Origin: an uncultured Nitrososphaerota archaeon
Lineage (GTDB): Archaea; Thermoproteota; Nitrososphaeria; Nitrososphaerales; CADDZS01
Length of the DNA: 64,000 nucleotides
Direction of reading: 5' to 3'
Assembly (NCBI GenBank): GCA_963799845.1
Contig: CAWCYI010000007.1
Coordinates: 153,617 to 217,616 of the forward strand
The notes beneath the pieces were generated by a model. The model saw only the letters and a program-made list of their open reading frames with translations, was not told the DNA's origin and made no database searches. Of this stretch, positions 1-11,196 are shown one piece after another. How positions within the stretch are numbered: position 1 is the first letter of the stretch; every line of letters begins with the position of its first letter. Both the position numbers and the translations under genes were made by a program.

Positions 1-91
1 GGAATATTTTTATCAGACGCCAATAGAGCCTCTGCGTCGTCCTGTTGTTTTGTCTTATCAGAGAAAATTTCGAGGTTAGTTCGGAGTATGT

Positions 92-1771
92 TTGAAATTG
101 GTTGCTAATCAGCAGAAGGTTACTTACTCGGAAATTTCTCCGAGCGAATTTTTCTATCGCAATCGCGATCTCGCCGGTTTCAGCAATCCGTCAAGGGCTC
201 TCTACACATCAGTCAGAGAGCTGGTCGAAAACAGTCTGGATGCCTGCGAGCAGTTTTCGATTCTTCCTGAGATTACTGTAAAGATTGAGTTAGCGCCGGA
301 AGGCACGAAAGCTGGGGAGCAGGTAGCCTACGTGCTTACGGTCAAGGACAACGGCCCCGGGATTGAGGCAAAGCACCTCCCCAACGCGTTTGGAAGAGTC
401 TTTTACGGCTCAAAATACAAGCTGAAGCAGTCGCGCGGGATGTTCGGGATGGGCGGGACGATGGCGATTCTTTACGCCCAGATCACGACCAATAGGCCAG
501 TCACTATTTCTTCGTGTTCTGACGGTAAAACCAGTCACGTCTTGGACATGCTGATTGACATCCAGGAGAACAAGCCGGTGATTCTGAAGCACGACACGCA
601 ACCCTCGGATGGAACCGGGACGTCGGTTCAGCTGACTCTGATGGGCGACTATTTCCGAGCCGGGCAGAAAATTCAGGACTATTTCAAGCAAACAGCCCTG
701 GTTACTCCGTACGCGAACATCAATCTGATCGATCCCGAAACAAATGTCATTTCGTATCACAGAGGTACGAATGCAGTACCCCCGCCGCCCGCCGAGACCT
801 TACCACATCCCTACGGTATCGATGTTGAGGCGCTCCGTCGTTTGATCAAACAAACAATCGATCCGAATCTGGTAAAGTTCATGACAAATAATTTCCACAG
901 GGTTGGTGAGAGAACCGCCGAGAAATTTCTAGCGTTTGCTGGCTTTGAGAAATCGAGAAAACCCAAGACTCTTGGAAATGAAGACGTCGTAACTTTTGTG
1001 AACGCGCTGCACCAATTTGACGAGTTTCTTTCGCCGGACGCGTCCTGCCTTTCTCCTCTGGGTGAGGAAATTATGCAGGCAGGCATCATGAAGGAGCTCG
1101 CCCCCGAATTCGTGGCGATGTGCGTCAGACCGCCCTCGGCTTACTCGGGTTTCCCGTTCATCGTAGAGGTTGGACTGGCTTATGGTGGAAGCTTGATTGA
1201 ACCAGGAATCAGGTTGCTTCGCTTCGCCAACAGAATCCCGCTTCTGTATGATGAGGCTAACGATGTTGCTTACCGTATAATAAAGGAGGAGATAGACTGG
1301 AAACGGTACAAGATTCCTCAGGATGCGCCGATTGCAATAATCACGCACGTTTGTTCCACTAAAGTGCCCTACAAGACCGTGGGGAAAGAGTACCTTGCCG
1401 ACCGGCCAGAACTTGAAAGGGAGATAAAGAACGCCTCGAGGGAAGTGCTTCGGAAACTCGCGACCTATGTTTCGAAAAAGGGCTCGATGGAATTCCAGAA
1501 GAAGAGAATGAATATTTACGGAAAGTACTTGCCTTTGATCGCGAAATTTTCGACTGAGCTCTCGGGTAACAAAAAACCTCCAAGCTACAAGAAACTGCTT
1601 GGAAACGAAGTCGCAATAGAACCTGGCTCTGAATCAGAGCAGGCGATAAGCGATGAGACTGCAAAGGAAGTGGCTGACACCGTAGCGAAGGATCAAGAAT
1701 CGCGATCGAAAAAGAAGGTAAAGGTTGAAAATGACCAGCAAAGCCTCGAAGAATTTGGCGACAGCTCGTAG
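92..1771 (+). CDS. top6B: DNA topoisomerase VI subunit B
   Basis: GHKL ATPase motifs (RELVENSLDA, DNGPGI, SRGMFGMG) and RFANRIPLLY; adjacent to subunit A. Confidence 0.97.
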   Translation: MKLVANQQKVTYSEISPSEFFYRNRDLAGFSNPSRALYTSVRELVENSLDACEQFSILPEITVKIELAPEGTKAGEQVAYVLTVKDNGPGIEAKHLPNAFGRVFYGSKYKLKQSRGMFGMGGTMAILYAQITTNRPVTISSCSDGKTSHVLDMLIDIQENKPVILKHDTQPSDGTGTSVQLTLMGDYFRAGQKIQDYFKQTALVTPYANINLIDPETNVISYHRGTNAVPPPPAETLPHPYGIDVEALRRLIKQTIDPNLVKFMTNNFHRVGERTAEKFLAFAGFEKSRKPKTLGNEDVVTFVNALHQFDEFLSPDASCLSPLGEEIMQAGIMKELAPEFVAMCVRPPSAYSGFPFIVEVGLAYGGSLIEPGIRLLRFANRIPLLYDEANDVAYRIIKEEIDWKRYKIPQDAPIAIITHVCSTKVPYKTVGKEYLADRPELEREIKNASREVLRKLATYVSKKGSMEFQKKRMNIYGKYLPLIAKFSTELSGNKKPPSYKKLLGNEVAIEPGSESEQAISDETAKEVADTVAKDQESRSKKKVKVENDQQSLEEFGDSS

Positions 1772-2828
1772 GGAACAGCTCCTCAAAGAGTTGAAAGATC
1801 TCGGTACGAAGACATACCAAGATCTCGACCAGTCGAAGTTTCCGGAGTTCCTCTTCCCAAGCAGATCTGTCAGCAACATCGTCTACGATCCGAAGCTGAA
1901 GCAGTATATTCTCGACAAAGTTAACGTCAAGCGATCCGCCGGAAACATCAAGCACATTCGTCCGTTTACCCAGATGCTCTGGCTAGCGTACTTCGCAGAC
2001 AGGTTGGTCGAGCAGGGAAAGACGAGCACTCTCAGGGATGCGTACTACTCGTCTCAAGCGGATGCCATGGAGTTTGTCGACCAGGCAGAGTCAGACGAAA
2101 TCATCACTGACCTTGAAACCGTGCTTTCGAGGGCTAGAGAAGAGTTCAAGATTTACCCAGAAGAGCGAAGTGCCATTTTTGGCGACCTTACGATTGAATA
2201 TACTGTCCCGCGATTTGAGGGTCGGCGCCTAAATCTTTCGTCTCATCCAGACGGATACTTAATCGGCCCCTCGCTCAGCACGGCAGAGTTCGTCGACACC
2301 TCGGCCGAAATGATCATCGCCGTAGAGAAGGGAGGAATATTCACCAGATTTGTGGAAGAACAAGTCGAGAAAAAGTACAAGGCGATCCTCATCGACACTT
2401 CCGGCCAGGCTCCGAGATCCACGAGATACATGTTGAAGCGGTTGAACAAGGAGTTAAATCTCCCCGTTTATGTTATGACCGATGGCGACGTATACGGAGA
2501 GCATATTGCGATGGTGATAATTAGCGGAAGCGCCAATGCGGCTCACCTTCGAGACCTGACGGTTCCAACGGCAAAATGGATCGGAGTCTGGGCGAGCGAT
2601 ATCGTGAAGTACAAACTGCCGACCGACAAGATGACCGAAGCGGACGTAAAGAGAGCTCAGGAGCTAAAGAAAGATCCGAGATATCACGGCGGAGTCTGGC
2701 AGAGAGAGCTCGACATTTTCCTCAAGATTAAGCGAAAGAGTGAGCTTGAAGCGTTCTCGAAATACGGACTTACTTTCATAGTGGACAATTACCTGAAAGA
2801 GAAGATGGAAGAAGCCAAGTCGCTCTAG
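1725..2828 (+). CDS. top6A: DNA topoisomerase VI subunit A
   Basis: STLRDAYY catalytic Tyr region; TOPRIM motifs AVEK and TDGDVYG. Confidence 0.97.
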   Translation: MKMTSKASKNLATARREQLLKELKDLGTKTYQDLDQSKFPEFLFPSRSVSNIVYDPKLKQYILDKVNVKRSAGNIKHIRPFTQMLWLAYFADRLVEQGKTSTLRDAYYSSQADAMEFVDQAESDEIITDLETVLSRAREEFKIYPEERSAIFGDLTIEYTVPRFEGRRLNLSSHPDGYLIGPSLSTAEFVDTSAEMIIAVEKGGIFTRFVEEQVEKKYKAILIDTSGQAPRSTRYMLKRLNKELNLPVYVMTDGDVYGEHIAMVIISGSANAAHLRDLTVPTAKWIGVWASDIVKYKLPTDKMTEADVKRAQELKKDPRYHGGVWQRELDIFLKIKRKSELEAFSKYGLTFIVDNYLKEKMEEAKSL

Positions 2829-3055
2829 TACTTTCGATTTCACGAAAATAGAACACTACAAAGATTACGACGGCGCAAAAATCTTGGCCGCGCTGTTTGA
2901 CTAGATATCACTGCTTTATTCCAAGACTCCCCCACATTTTTATGCCGAAAAATGAAAAATGCGGTAACAGGAATCCTACTCATAAATTAGGAAAATGTTA
3001 TTATGGTTGAATCTAGGATACAGGAAATAATCGCGTTTCTGGAAGTTCAAGAGTC

Positions 3056-3259
3056 ATGTCGAAGGCACTTAGCACCTCACAGCAGCGTATTAGCGCCCTG
3101 TTGCGCGTTATAGCGCTAGTTTGCATCTTGCTCGGAGGAGTTTTCGCCTATGATATTTACCAGACAACTTTGATTCCACAGCTGGTCCCGATCTTCTATT
3201 TCATGGCTGCTCTGATGATTTTTGTTGGAGCAGTTGTCTTAATAGCCCGCTTCGATTAA
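3056..3259 (+). CDS. small two-TM membrane protein
   Basis: 67 aa ORF with two hydrophobic stretches. Confidence 0.6.
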   Translation: MSKALSTSQQRISALLRVIALVCILLGGVFAYDIYQTTLIPQLVPIFYFMAALMIFVGAVVLIARFD

Positions 3260-3373
3260 TTCCGGTTGCGTGCCTAATCCTTTGCGTTGCACTTCGTCTT
3301 GATGTTGTGTATACTCTTCATTACACCGATCAACTCCAAAGTTTAAAGCCAAGCGATTGCAACTAACATTATC

Positions 3374-3652
3374 ATGACCCAGAAAAGGAAGAGCAGGGGG
3401 AGGTCCAAAGGCGGTAAGGGGAGCTCCGGAACTGTTCAATGCAGTAATTGCGGTAGACAAACTCCAATTGACAAGGCAAAAAAGATGACATCCCGGGTAA
3501 GCCTTGTTGAACCTATGCTTGCAAGAGAATTGAGGCAGGCAGGTGCTTATATCGCGTCCCCCGTGACAATCAAGTATTATTGTGTGTCATGTGCTGTGCA
3601 CTACGGCATGGTCAAAGTTAGGGCCAAGGCCGAGAGAAGACAAGCATTCTAG
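3374..3652 (+). CDS. rps26e: 30S ribosomal protein S26e
   Basis: KRKSRGRSKG, CSNCG and YCVSCAVH Zn motifs. Confidence 0.96.
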   Translation: MTQKRKSRGRSKGGKGSSGTVQCSNCGRQTPIDKAKKMTSRVSLVEPMLARELRQAGAYIASPVTIKYYCVSCAVHYGMVKVRAKAERRQAF

Positions 3653-3739
3653 CACATTCATTAGCGGAGAGTGTCTACATCACTCCCAAAATTACGTTTT
3701 TCGCTAACAGTCTACTAGGCCGGGATACCTGTCTGCGAA

Positions 3740-4313
3740 TTACTGGGATCTGAGTTTTTTCAAAATTGCAACGTAACGTTGCAGGAACGTGACAAAGGCG
3801 ATGATCAGAACTATGATGACTCCAATCCATACAAATCCGGCGATCGAAAATACTATGAGAACCAGTAGCCTTTCGGCTCGTTCTCCTACGCCGATTCCCG
3901 AGAGAGAGACTCCGAGCGAGTCTCCCTTAGCTCTAGTATCAGCTTACCATTAGTGAAAAACTGAGTGCAAGCAGAACGAAAATAGGTGAGGTATAACCCG
4001 CATAGATTATTCCGGAGTAGACTGCGACTTCGGCGACTCTGTCAAGAGTTGAATCGTTGAAAGATCCTGATTTTGACACAAGGTGATTTACACGCGCCAC
4101 CGCCCCGTCGAGAACGTCGAAGAGTCCAGAGATTATGAGAGAAGATGCTCCTAGGTACGGTTGTTCAGGTCTCAGGGCGTAAAAGATTCCTGCAATTAGA
4201 GAGAAAAGAAATCCGATGAAAGTCCAGAAGGTTGGTGAAAGTCCGGTGCGACCAAGAGATCTGCCAATTGAATTTACAACAGGCTCAATTTGGCTTCTGA
4301 TCTTGTTCAGTAC
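3740..4313 (-). CDS. CDP-alcohol phosphatidyltransferase (archaetidylinositol-phosphate synthase-like), apparent extra base at 3940
   Basis: Manual translation (V)LNKIRSQIEP...GLSPTFWT...DVLDGAVARV...DSTLDRVAE...SLMVS|YTRAKGDSLG...GERAERL; not in the ORF track because of the frameshift and a non-standard start (GTA/CTG). Confidence 0.88.
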
Positions 4314-4437
4314 CGTGATACATCGACCCCAGAATTCTTTCTACATGCCCAACATTGGTATGCTTTTATAGAGTGCGCGTTCAGCTTTGAATTTGCCTAA
4401 CAATTCAAAGAATTCGTCAGGAGCTAGATAGAGAAAT

Positions 4438-4641
4438 TTGGGCAAAATCGGGAAAGGCGTTAGTTGCTCGGTAACCGGTTGCAAGAATCTTGCTGAAAGA
4501 TCTATCAGCAGAGACCAGATAGGCGGGAGCGGCCTGAGCGTTTCTGGCGATCGTAGAGTGTACCTTTGTCACGAGCATTACAAGGTCTGGAAAAAAGCTA
4601 CAAAGAAAGATCGAGATCTAGATAGAGTCCGTTTCAAGTAA
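4438..4641 (+). CDS. small Cys/His-rich hypothetical protein
   Basis: CSVTGC...LCHEH; divergent from the phosphatidyltransferase. Confidence 0.75.
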   Translation: MGKIGKGVSCSVTGCKNLAERSISRDQIGGSGLSVSGDRRVYLCHEHYKVWKKATKKDRDLDRVRFK

Positions 4642-4700
4642 AGCCATTCTGTTTAAAGCTTTGTTGAGCAATTAGTAGGAATCCACGCGGTAGATCAGAA

Positions 4701-6597
4701 TTGAGAGTTCTTCAGCTTCATTGCGATGAGGTAGAATACAAGCCGATAAAGAAGGAGATCCCGAATGCGGAGGAAACTTCTACCGAGACGAGAATCATTC
4801 GCGTATGCATTCTACTTCTCATCAGCGTTGAAGAGAGAGATGACGACAGCGTTGTTGAACAGTGTATTTCAGCGGTTGAAAAGGCTCAGGCGCAATTAAA
4901 GTGCGACTCGTTTGTTATTTATCCTTACGCTCACTTGAGTAGCCATCTCGCATCGCCGAAAATCGCGAAAGAAATATTGGGCACACTCGAAAAACGAGTG
5001 GAGGGACTCGGCTATTCGGTTCACCATGTTCCTTTTGGATGGAACAAGTCTCTCTCCATCAAAGTGAAAGGTCATCCTCTTGCTGAGCAGTCGAAGGTCT
5101 TCGAACCAAAGATCATGGAGGGCGAAGCTCCCGAAAAGAAAGAAGACGCCAAGGAGATTCTCTCTGCAGCACTGAAAGCCGAGGATAACCTAAGATCGCA
5201 GTGGTTCATCATAGATCTCGAAGGGAACCTGACACCGATCTCTGAATACAACTTTGCGAAAAGTAAGACTCTTGAGAAGCTGAAAAATTACGAGACTGCC
5301 AAGGTAAGAGCAGTCCAACAAATTCCGCCTCATGTGAACTTTATGAAAAAACTTGGTTTGGTGGATTACGAACCAGCCTCCGACCCCGGCAACATGCGGT
5401 ACTATCCCAAGGGGAGAATGATCAAATCTCTCCTCGAGCGGTACGTTACTCAGAGGGTCCAGGAGTATGGAGGCGTTGAAGTGGAAACACCTATCATGTA
5501 CGACCTGGAACATCCCAGTCTTGCGAGCTATCTCAATCGCTTTCCAGCGAGGCAATACTTGGTAAAGTCAGATGAGAAGGAGTATTTTCTTCGGTTTGCT
5601 GCGTGTTTTGGGCAGTTTTTGATAGCTGAAGGACCTTCAGCTGACATACAAACATCTCCCGCTAAAGCTGTACGAGCTCACTAGGTATTCCTTTCGTCGT
5701 GAAAAAAGTGGAGAACTTATAGGATTACGGCGGCTCCGAGCGTTCACAATGCCGGATTGCCATGCGATAGTTCGCGACATCGATCAGGCGAGAGAAGAGT
5801 TTCCTAAGAGATTTGAGCTGTCCCAAAGCGTCCTGAAAGAAATTGGTTTCGATGAAGATGATTACGAACTAGCGATCAGATTCACTGAGGAATTTTACGG
5901 TGAAAACAAGCAGTTCATCGCTTCAATTATTAGAAAGCATGGTAGACCGGCGCTAGTTGAAATGTGGAGGGAGAGATTTTTCTATTTCGTTTTGAAGTGG
6001 GAGTTCAACTTCATCGACAATCTGGATAAGGCCTCGGCTCTTTCGACTGACCAGATAGATATCGAAAACGCCCAACGTTATGGGATTACGTTTGTTGATG
6101 AGACCGGCAAAAAGCAGACGCCTATGATTTTGCATAATTCTCCATCTGGGGCAATTGAGCGAGATATCTTCGGGCTGCTAGAGAAAGCGGGGCGCATGCA
6201 GTCAGAGGGAAAAATCGCGACGCTACCTGTCTGGTTGAGCCCCACCCAGATTAGATTGTTACCCGTGTCCCAGAAGTTCCTCGACGCGTGCAAGTTGGTT
6301 TCGGAAGATTTCGAAACCTCTCATATCCGAGTTGACATCGATGACCGCGAAGAAAGCGTCGGTAAGAGAATTCGCGAAGCGGAGAAAGAATGGATTCCCT
6401 ACATAATTGTGATAGGGGAGAAAGAAGAATCAGATCCTTCAAAGTTCATGGTAAGGATCCGCGGTAAGGGAGAGAGCCAAATGTCCCCAGATCAATTGAA
6501 ACATGAGATCTCAAATGCCACAAGCGGGCGTCCGTTTGCACCGCTTCCTCTTCCAAAACTTATGTCGAGACGCCCCTCCTTTGAAATGAGCTCGTAG
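4701..6597 (+). CDS. thrS: threonine--tRNA ligase (one gene, apparent extra base at 5628)
   Basis: Archaeal editing domain (YPYAHLS, PFGWNK) and LRFAACFGQF; the +1 frame continues KDLQLTYKHLPLKLYELTRYSFRREKSGE into ORF 5749-6597. Confidence 0.95.
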
Positions 6598-6781
6598 TCG
6601 TTTTCAATTTCTGGAAGGGACAAGTGGCAAGGATGCCGGTGAGAATTATATCAACTCGACTGCGAATTCAAGATTTCTTCGCCAGATATTAAGTGCCGAA
6701 TTCCCTTGCCCTCGACTAACTAGATATAAGAAGAATGGGAACTGTTTCGAGATTGAAAAATATTTGAGCTGATTTTTTAAA

Positions 6782-7720
6782 TTGAGCGAGAATGGAGCAA
6801 GATCATTTGAGATCGTTGTGGCCGGACATATTGTCGTGGATGAAATAATCGACAATATAGGCCAGGTCGCTCCAAGAAGAGCGCTTGGTGGAGCTCCATC
6901 CTACTCCTCGCTCGCACTATCGAGCCTCGAATACAAACCAGAAATCGTAACTCACATCGGCGAGGACTTTCCAATTTCTTACTTCAAACTTATTGAAGAA
7001 AGGACCGGAATCGACATCAGGAAATGGATTTCACCGGGATTCAAAACCACTAGCTATCGAATCGATCGAACGGCGGAACATCGACGTCTGTGGCTTGTCG
7101 CAAGATGCCGGGAGATTATTTACGATGATTTTAGATTATTCCTTGGGGAGACGTCAAACACTAAGGCTCTGGTATTGAACCCGGTCGCCGGAGAAATTTC
7201 CCTTTCGCTTCTTGAAAGAATCTCAAAAGAGTTTGATCATGTCTACATCGATTCTCAGGGCTTTGTCCGACGGTTCGACAAGAAAACCGGTGAGGTAGGG
7301 ATGAGGTCGGGGCTCGATATCTCCGCGCTAACGGGCGTAGACGTTCTGAAGGCAGATCTCGAGGAGCTTTCCGCATGGACCGGAACCAGAAACAAAGAGT
7401 CCGCCATTCGGCAGCTTTCGAGATTCGTTAATATTTTGCTATTGACTTCAGGACCCTCAGCCGTAGAGGTATATGAGTCGGGTGAATCAAAAATGAGAGC
7501 AATTCCCTTCAAGGTTCAAGTTGCTGATACGACTGGAGCTGGCGACATCATGTTATCATCTTTCGCGGCTAAGTTCACCGAAACTGAAGACATTGAGGAG
7601 GCATTAGCGTTCGCCGTTACTGCAAGCACACTTGCGGTCAGAAATTACGGAGTCGAGAAGGCTATTCTGTCCCGATCGGAAGTCGAGAAACAGTCGAAAC
7701 TCGTTGACATTCAGCGCTGA
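6782..7720 (+). CDS. PfkB family carbohydrate kinase
   Basis: GGAPSYS and DTTGAGD motifs. Confidence 0.9.
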   Translation: MSENGARSFEIVVAGHIVVDEIIDNIGQVAPRRALGGAPSYSSLALSSLEYKPEIVTHIGEDFPISYFKLIEERTGIDIRKWISPGFKTTSYRIDRTAEHRRLWLVARCREIIYDDFRLFLGETSNTKALVLNPVAGEISLSLLERISKEFDHVYIDSQGFVRRFDKKTGEVGMRSGLDISALTGVDVLKADLEELSAWTGTRNKESAIRQLSRFVNILLLTSGPSAVEVYESGESKMRAIPFKVQVADTTGAGDIMLSSFAAKFTETEDIEEALAFAVTASTLAVRNYGVEKAILSRSEVEKQSKLVDIQR

Positions 7721-7725
7721 AATAG

Positions 7726-8166
7726 TTATTCTTCCCGCCTGAGCTTGTCAGCGAGACTCACAAACTTCCCGTGGTCTTCTACGGAGATAGTGGTACTTAC
7801 ACTAACCCGCATTCCAATCGATCTAAAGAATTGCAGTAATTCACCGCCTGTTATCGAGCTTATTTTGCCTTGTTTTATCAGAGTGGCAAGCTGAGGAATC
7901 ATTATTTTCATTTCTCGAGGATAGGCCGCTTCAGCCGCGGCGAGTACTTCGTCGCCACGATCTCGGAGAGCTTTTGAAAGAATATCTCGGTCAGAAGGCT
8001 GATTTTTCAATCTCTCCACTCTCTGCTCTTCAAATGACTTTTTCGCAATTTCGGATTTTACCCGTTTTCGGAGCTCGAGCGTTCTTTTGGCGTTCAGCAT
8101 CTTGAGATCGAGATCATCGGCGAATTCCTTGTCAGATTCCTCTGGACCGCTGGAAGATTCAGACAT
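7726..8166 (-). CDS. PDCD5-like dsDNA-binding protein
   Basis: Charged N-terminus, RGDEVLAAAEAAYP, C-terminal GKFVSLADKL. Confidence 0.6.
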   Translation of the reverse strand: MSESSSGPEESDKEFADDLDLKMLNAKRTLELRKRVKSEIAKKSFEEQRVERLKNQPSDRDILSKALRDRGDEVLAAAEAAYPREMKIMIPQLATLIKQGKISSITGGELLQFFRSIGMRVSVSTTISVEDHGKFVSLADKLRREE

Positions 8167-8360
8167 TATCTGTAGGCTCGTAAGACCAAATCCTTGCTAA
8201 TTGTTTCTTTAAGGTTTTAGAGACAACCAATCGACCTTAATGATTTTGGGACTAGAGGCGGCTGAGAAGCATTTTTTCTGATAATATTGTGGAGAAACTA
8301 ATCACAATAGATTATCGTGAAATATATGGGAAACGGCAGTTACTTTCAAGCTATTAACAA

Positions 8361-9094
8361 ATGAAAAGCTCAAAGGCGCTCGTCATTATCTTGGTAGTTT
8401 TGATTTCGATTCTTGCCCCGACTTCTCTGGGTTATTTGATCGGGGCTCAACAGACACCAGTTTTCCAAAAGGCCGTCGTCGCATTGAACTAGACAACTAC
8501 CGTCTCGGTTACTGTTACCCCTAGTTCAAATCAAGAGTTCACAAACACGAGTTCGATACCAATCCAGCCCGACCCATTCGAGTTTTGGACAGTATTCGGA
8601 GCAAGTTCGAGTACTTGGTATGTTCCAATTGTTTTCCTTGGGGCTGGTTCGATTTCTCAACTTTACGTTAACTATGAGTGCGAGGTCCCCTGCACTTCTA
8701 ATAATTCGTCAATTGCGTCCTTCCATCTAAAGTCGGTGATTCCTCAAGCTTTCTTGTTGAATGAAAACGGTAATGTCACCATAACGTCTGATTTGACATT
8801 CAACACAACCAGAGTCTTAGATCTTCAAAAACCTCTGAGACAATATTGTATGAACTCTTAATTGCGAATTCAAGTAGCGGCTATTACACATTCAATCTAC
8901 CTTATGGAAGTTCGGTCGAACCGATCCTTTATGTGAAGAGTGGTTCCGCAGGTCTCGATTCCAATCTACTCCGAAAGTGGCTGGGAAATGTTGCACAGGG
9001 CGATGCTGCATGTTCGGACGAAGTACAGGTGACAATTTTAGGGTTTACGAATACGTATTATACAGAAATTCCTCTTAAAGTACCCAGCTCATAA
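8361..9094 (+). pseudogene. secreted or membrane-anchored Ser/Thr-rich protein, disrupted (TAG at 8490; one base missing near the A-run at 8827-8831)
   Basis: MKSSKALVIILVVLISILAP signal-like start; frame stays open after the TAG; several N-x-S/T sequons; joins ORF 8846-9094. Lesions could be sequencing errors. Confidence 0.6.
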
Positions 9095-9164
9095 TTTCTC
9101 ATTCAAATATTGACTTCCGAGTTATTCTCTCTTTGTCGAGTCGCAAGATGTTTTAGAGAGAATA

Positions 9165-9998
9165 ATGAAGAAAGCCGTTAAGATGATTTCAATAGCGATT
9201 CCTGATTCAATGTTTCTTGAGGATGATACTTTGCGTGAAAAAACCGTGAAAGTCGGGCTAGTCGCTCGTTCAGCGGCGATATTCGGAATCGAACGGATTT
9301 ACATTTACCGAGATTCAACTCGAAACAACGAATCTGATTATGAGGTTGCGAAGACCATTTTCGAATATGCCGAAACTCCTCAATATTTGCGGAAGAGAGT
9401 TTTCGGCCGCCGAAAGGAGCTCGAATATGCCGGCCTCTTGCCGCCGTTGAGGATTCCATCTCATGTGATAGAATCTTACCCTGAAGCCAACCAGACCAGG
9501 GAGTCTGTGATAGTCCTTCAAAATGGCGAGCTAATGGCAGATGTCGGAGCCAATGGACTTGCTATGATTGAAGGAAGAGTTCACGAAGGACAAAGAGTGA
9601 CTGTGAGAATCATATCTGTCGATCCTTTGGTTGTCCGTGTTCAGGAGAGACCCTTGGACAAGTACTGGGGTTACGAATTGAGACGGGCGCCTTCTTTAGC
9701 TCGATTTCTGAAGAGCGCGAACTTTGAGCTAACTATACTCACATCTCGACTTGGCGTTAGCGTTGATAAAATATGGAAGGAATTTTGCGAAAGATCCGCT
9801 TCCGCTCCCAGAATTCTGGTGTGCTTCGGATCTCCGGAGGCAGGGGTCGACAAAATGTTGAAGCAGGATAAAGCGAAGGTTGCAGATTTTCCATCCATGT
9901 ATCTCAACACTTTTCCTGGGCAGAATGCTGAAACGATTAGATTGGAAGAAGCTGTATTCGGGTCACTTAGCATTCTGAATTTGGCAATTCATCTATGA
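9165..9998 (+). CDS. SPOUT-class RNA methyltransferase (MTH1/C9orf114-like)
   Basis: ETPQYLRK, GLLPPLR, FPGQNAETIRLEEA; usual position upstream of rpl3. Confidence 0.9.
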   Translation: MKKAVKMISIAIPDSMFLEDDTLREKTVKVGLVARSAAIFGIERIYIYRDSTRNNESDYEVAKTIFEYAETPQYLRKRVFGRRKELEYAGLLPPLRIPSHVIESYPEANQTRESVIVLQNGELMADVGANGLAMIEGRVHEGQRVTVRIISVDPLVVRVQERPLDKYWGYELRRAPSLARFLKSANFELTILTSRLGVSVDKIWKEFCERSASAPRILVCFGSPEAGVDKMLKQDKAKVADFPSMYLNTFPGQNAETIRLEEAVFGSLSILNLAIHL

Positions 9999-10128
9999 CG
10001 TCACTACTATAGAAATGCCAAGGTTTTGAAGAATCTGAGCCCTTGTCAAACAAATCAAAAATATGCACGTGATCGCTAAAGGTTTAAAAACGATAATTGA
10101 CGCGTGTGTGCAGTACGGCGTTTTACGG

Positions 10129-11184
10129 ATGGGTCATCGTAAGCATAGTAGTCCTAGGCGAGGCTCTCTTGCTTTTGCACCGAGAGCTCGGCATCAAGTC
10201 CTCCTTCCCAGAATAAGGAATTGGACTACCAGAGGAGTTGACAAGCCTACCCTTGCTGGATTTCCGGTATTCAAAGTGGGAATGGTTCAGATCGTTACGC
10301 TAGACGACCGGGAAAAAACTCCAAATTTTGGCAAGCCCACGTTTAATCCTGCTACTGTTTTGTCTGCACCCGCGGTTACTGTTTACGGATTTAGAGCATA
10401 TGGTCGCAAGAATGGAATAGATTTTGCATTAATCGACGTTTTCGCGAACAATCTTCCGAAGGAAATCCAAGAAAGAGTTTCGTTTATGATAGACTCGAAG
10501 GACACTACATCTTTTGATGTTTCCTTGAAAAAGGTTGAGGAGCTTCTTGGAGAAGTCCTGAATTTTACCGCAATTGTTGGGGTTATTCCGAGCGAGACTG
10601 GGTTGTCTAATGGCAACCCTCAGATTCAGGAAATGGGAGTGATCGGCGGGAACGTTAAATCACAGTTTGAATACTTGAAGGAGATTATTGGCCAAGCCGT
10701 AAAACCGGGGGATTACTTCAAAGCTGGGGCTTATCTTGACACGATCGCGATCACAAAGGGGAAGGGCTTTGAGGGAGTCATCACTAGATTCGGAGTCACT
10801 CGAAAACAGCATAAATCAAGGAAAACAGTTCGCGAGGTCGGAGTAATCAGCCCTTGGCATCCTGCTACGGTAATGTACACGGTGCCACGAGCGGGTCAGA
10901 TGGGTTTCCACCAGCGTATCGACAAGAATAAGAGAATTCTTGTTGTTTCAAATGCTCAGCAAAACCCAATTACTCCTTCTGGTGGGTTCCCACATTTTGG
11001 TGAGGTGAGAGGAGATTACGTTATTGTCCGTGGTTCTGTCCCTGGACCAATCAAAAGGCTGATTGATTTGAGATTGCCCCTTTACCCACGAAGACAAAAA
11101 GTGCAGGCCCCCAGAATAGTGGAAATTAATGTTGCAGGGAGAGCAATGCCTCTTGTATCTGCATCAGCCTCTCAACAAAAGTAG
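10129..11184 (+). CDS. rpl3: 50S ribosomal protein L3
   Basis: MGHRKHSSPRRGSL start; TKGKGFEG; GQMGFHQR. Confidence 0.97.
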   Translation: MGHRKHSSPRRGSLAFAPRARHQVLLPRIRNWTTRGVDKPTLAGFPVFKVGMVQIVTLDDREKTPNFGKPTFNPATVLSAPAVTVYGFRAYGRKNGIDFALIDVFANNLPKEIQERVSFMIDSKDTTSFDVSLKKVEELLGEVLNFTAIVGVIPSETGLSNGNPQIQEMGVIGGNVKSQFEYLKEIIGQAVKPGDYFKAGAYLDTIAITKGKGFEGVITRFGVTRKQHKSRKTVREVGVISPWHPATVMYTVPRAGQMGFHQRIDKNKRILVVSNAQQNPITPSGGFPHFGEVRGDYVIVRGSVPGPIKRLIDLRLPLYPRRQKVQAPRIVEINVAGRAMPLVSASASQQK

Positions 11185-11196
11185 TGAGATTGGAGA

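Noticed and set aside
4701-6597. Naturally split ThrRS or programmed frameshift
   Set aside because: The break lies inside the catalytic domain rather than at the editing-domain boundary, has no slippery sequence, and fits the AGCT error pattern
8490-8492. In-frame TAG as pyrrolysine or readthrough
   Set aside because: Single case in a gene that also has a frameshift; TAG is a normal stop in many genes here; no pyl genes seen
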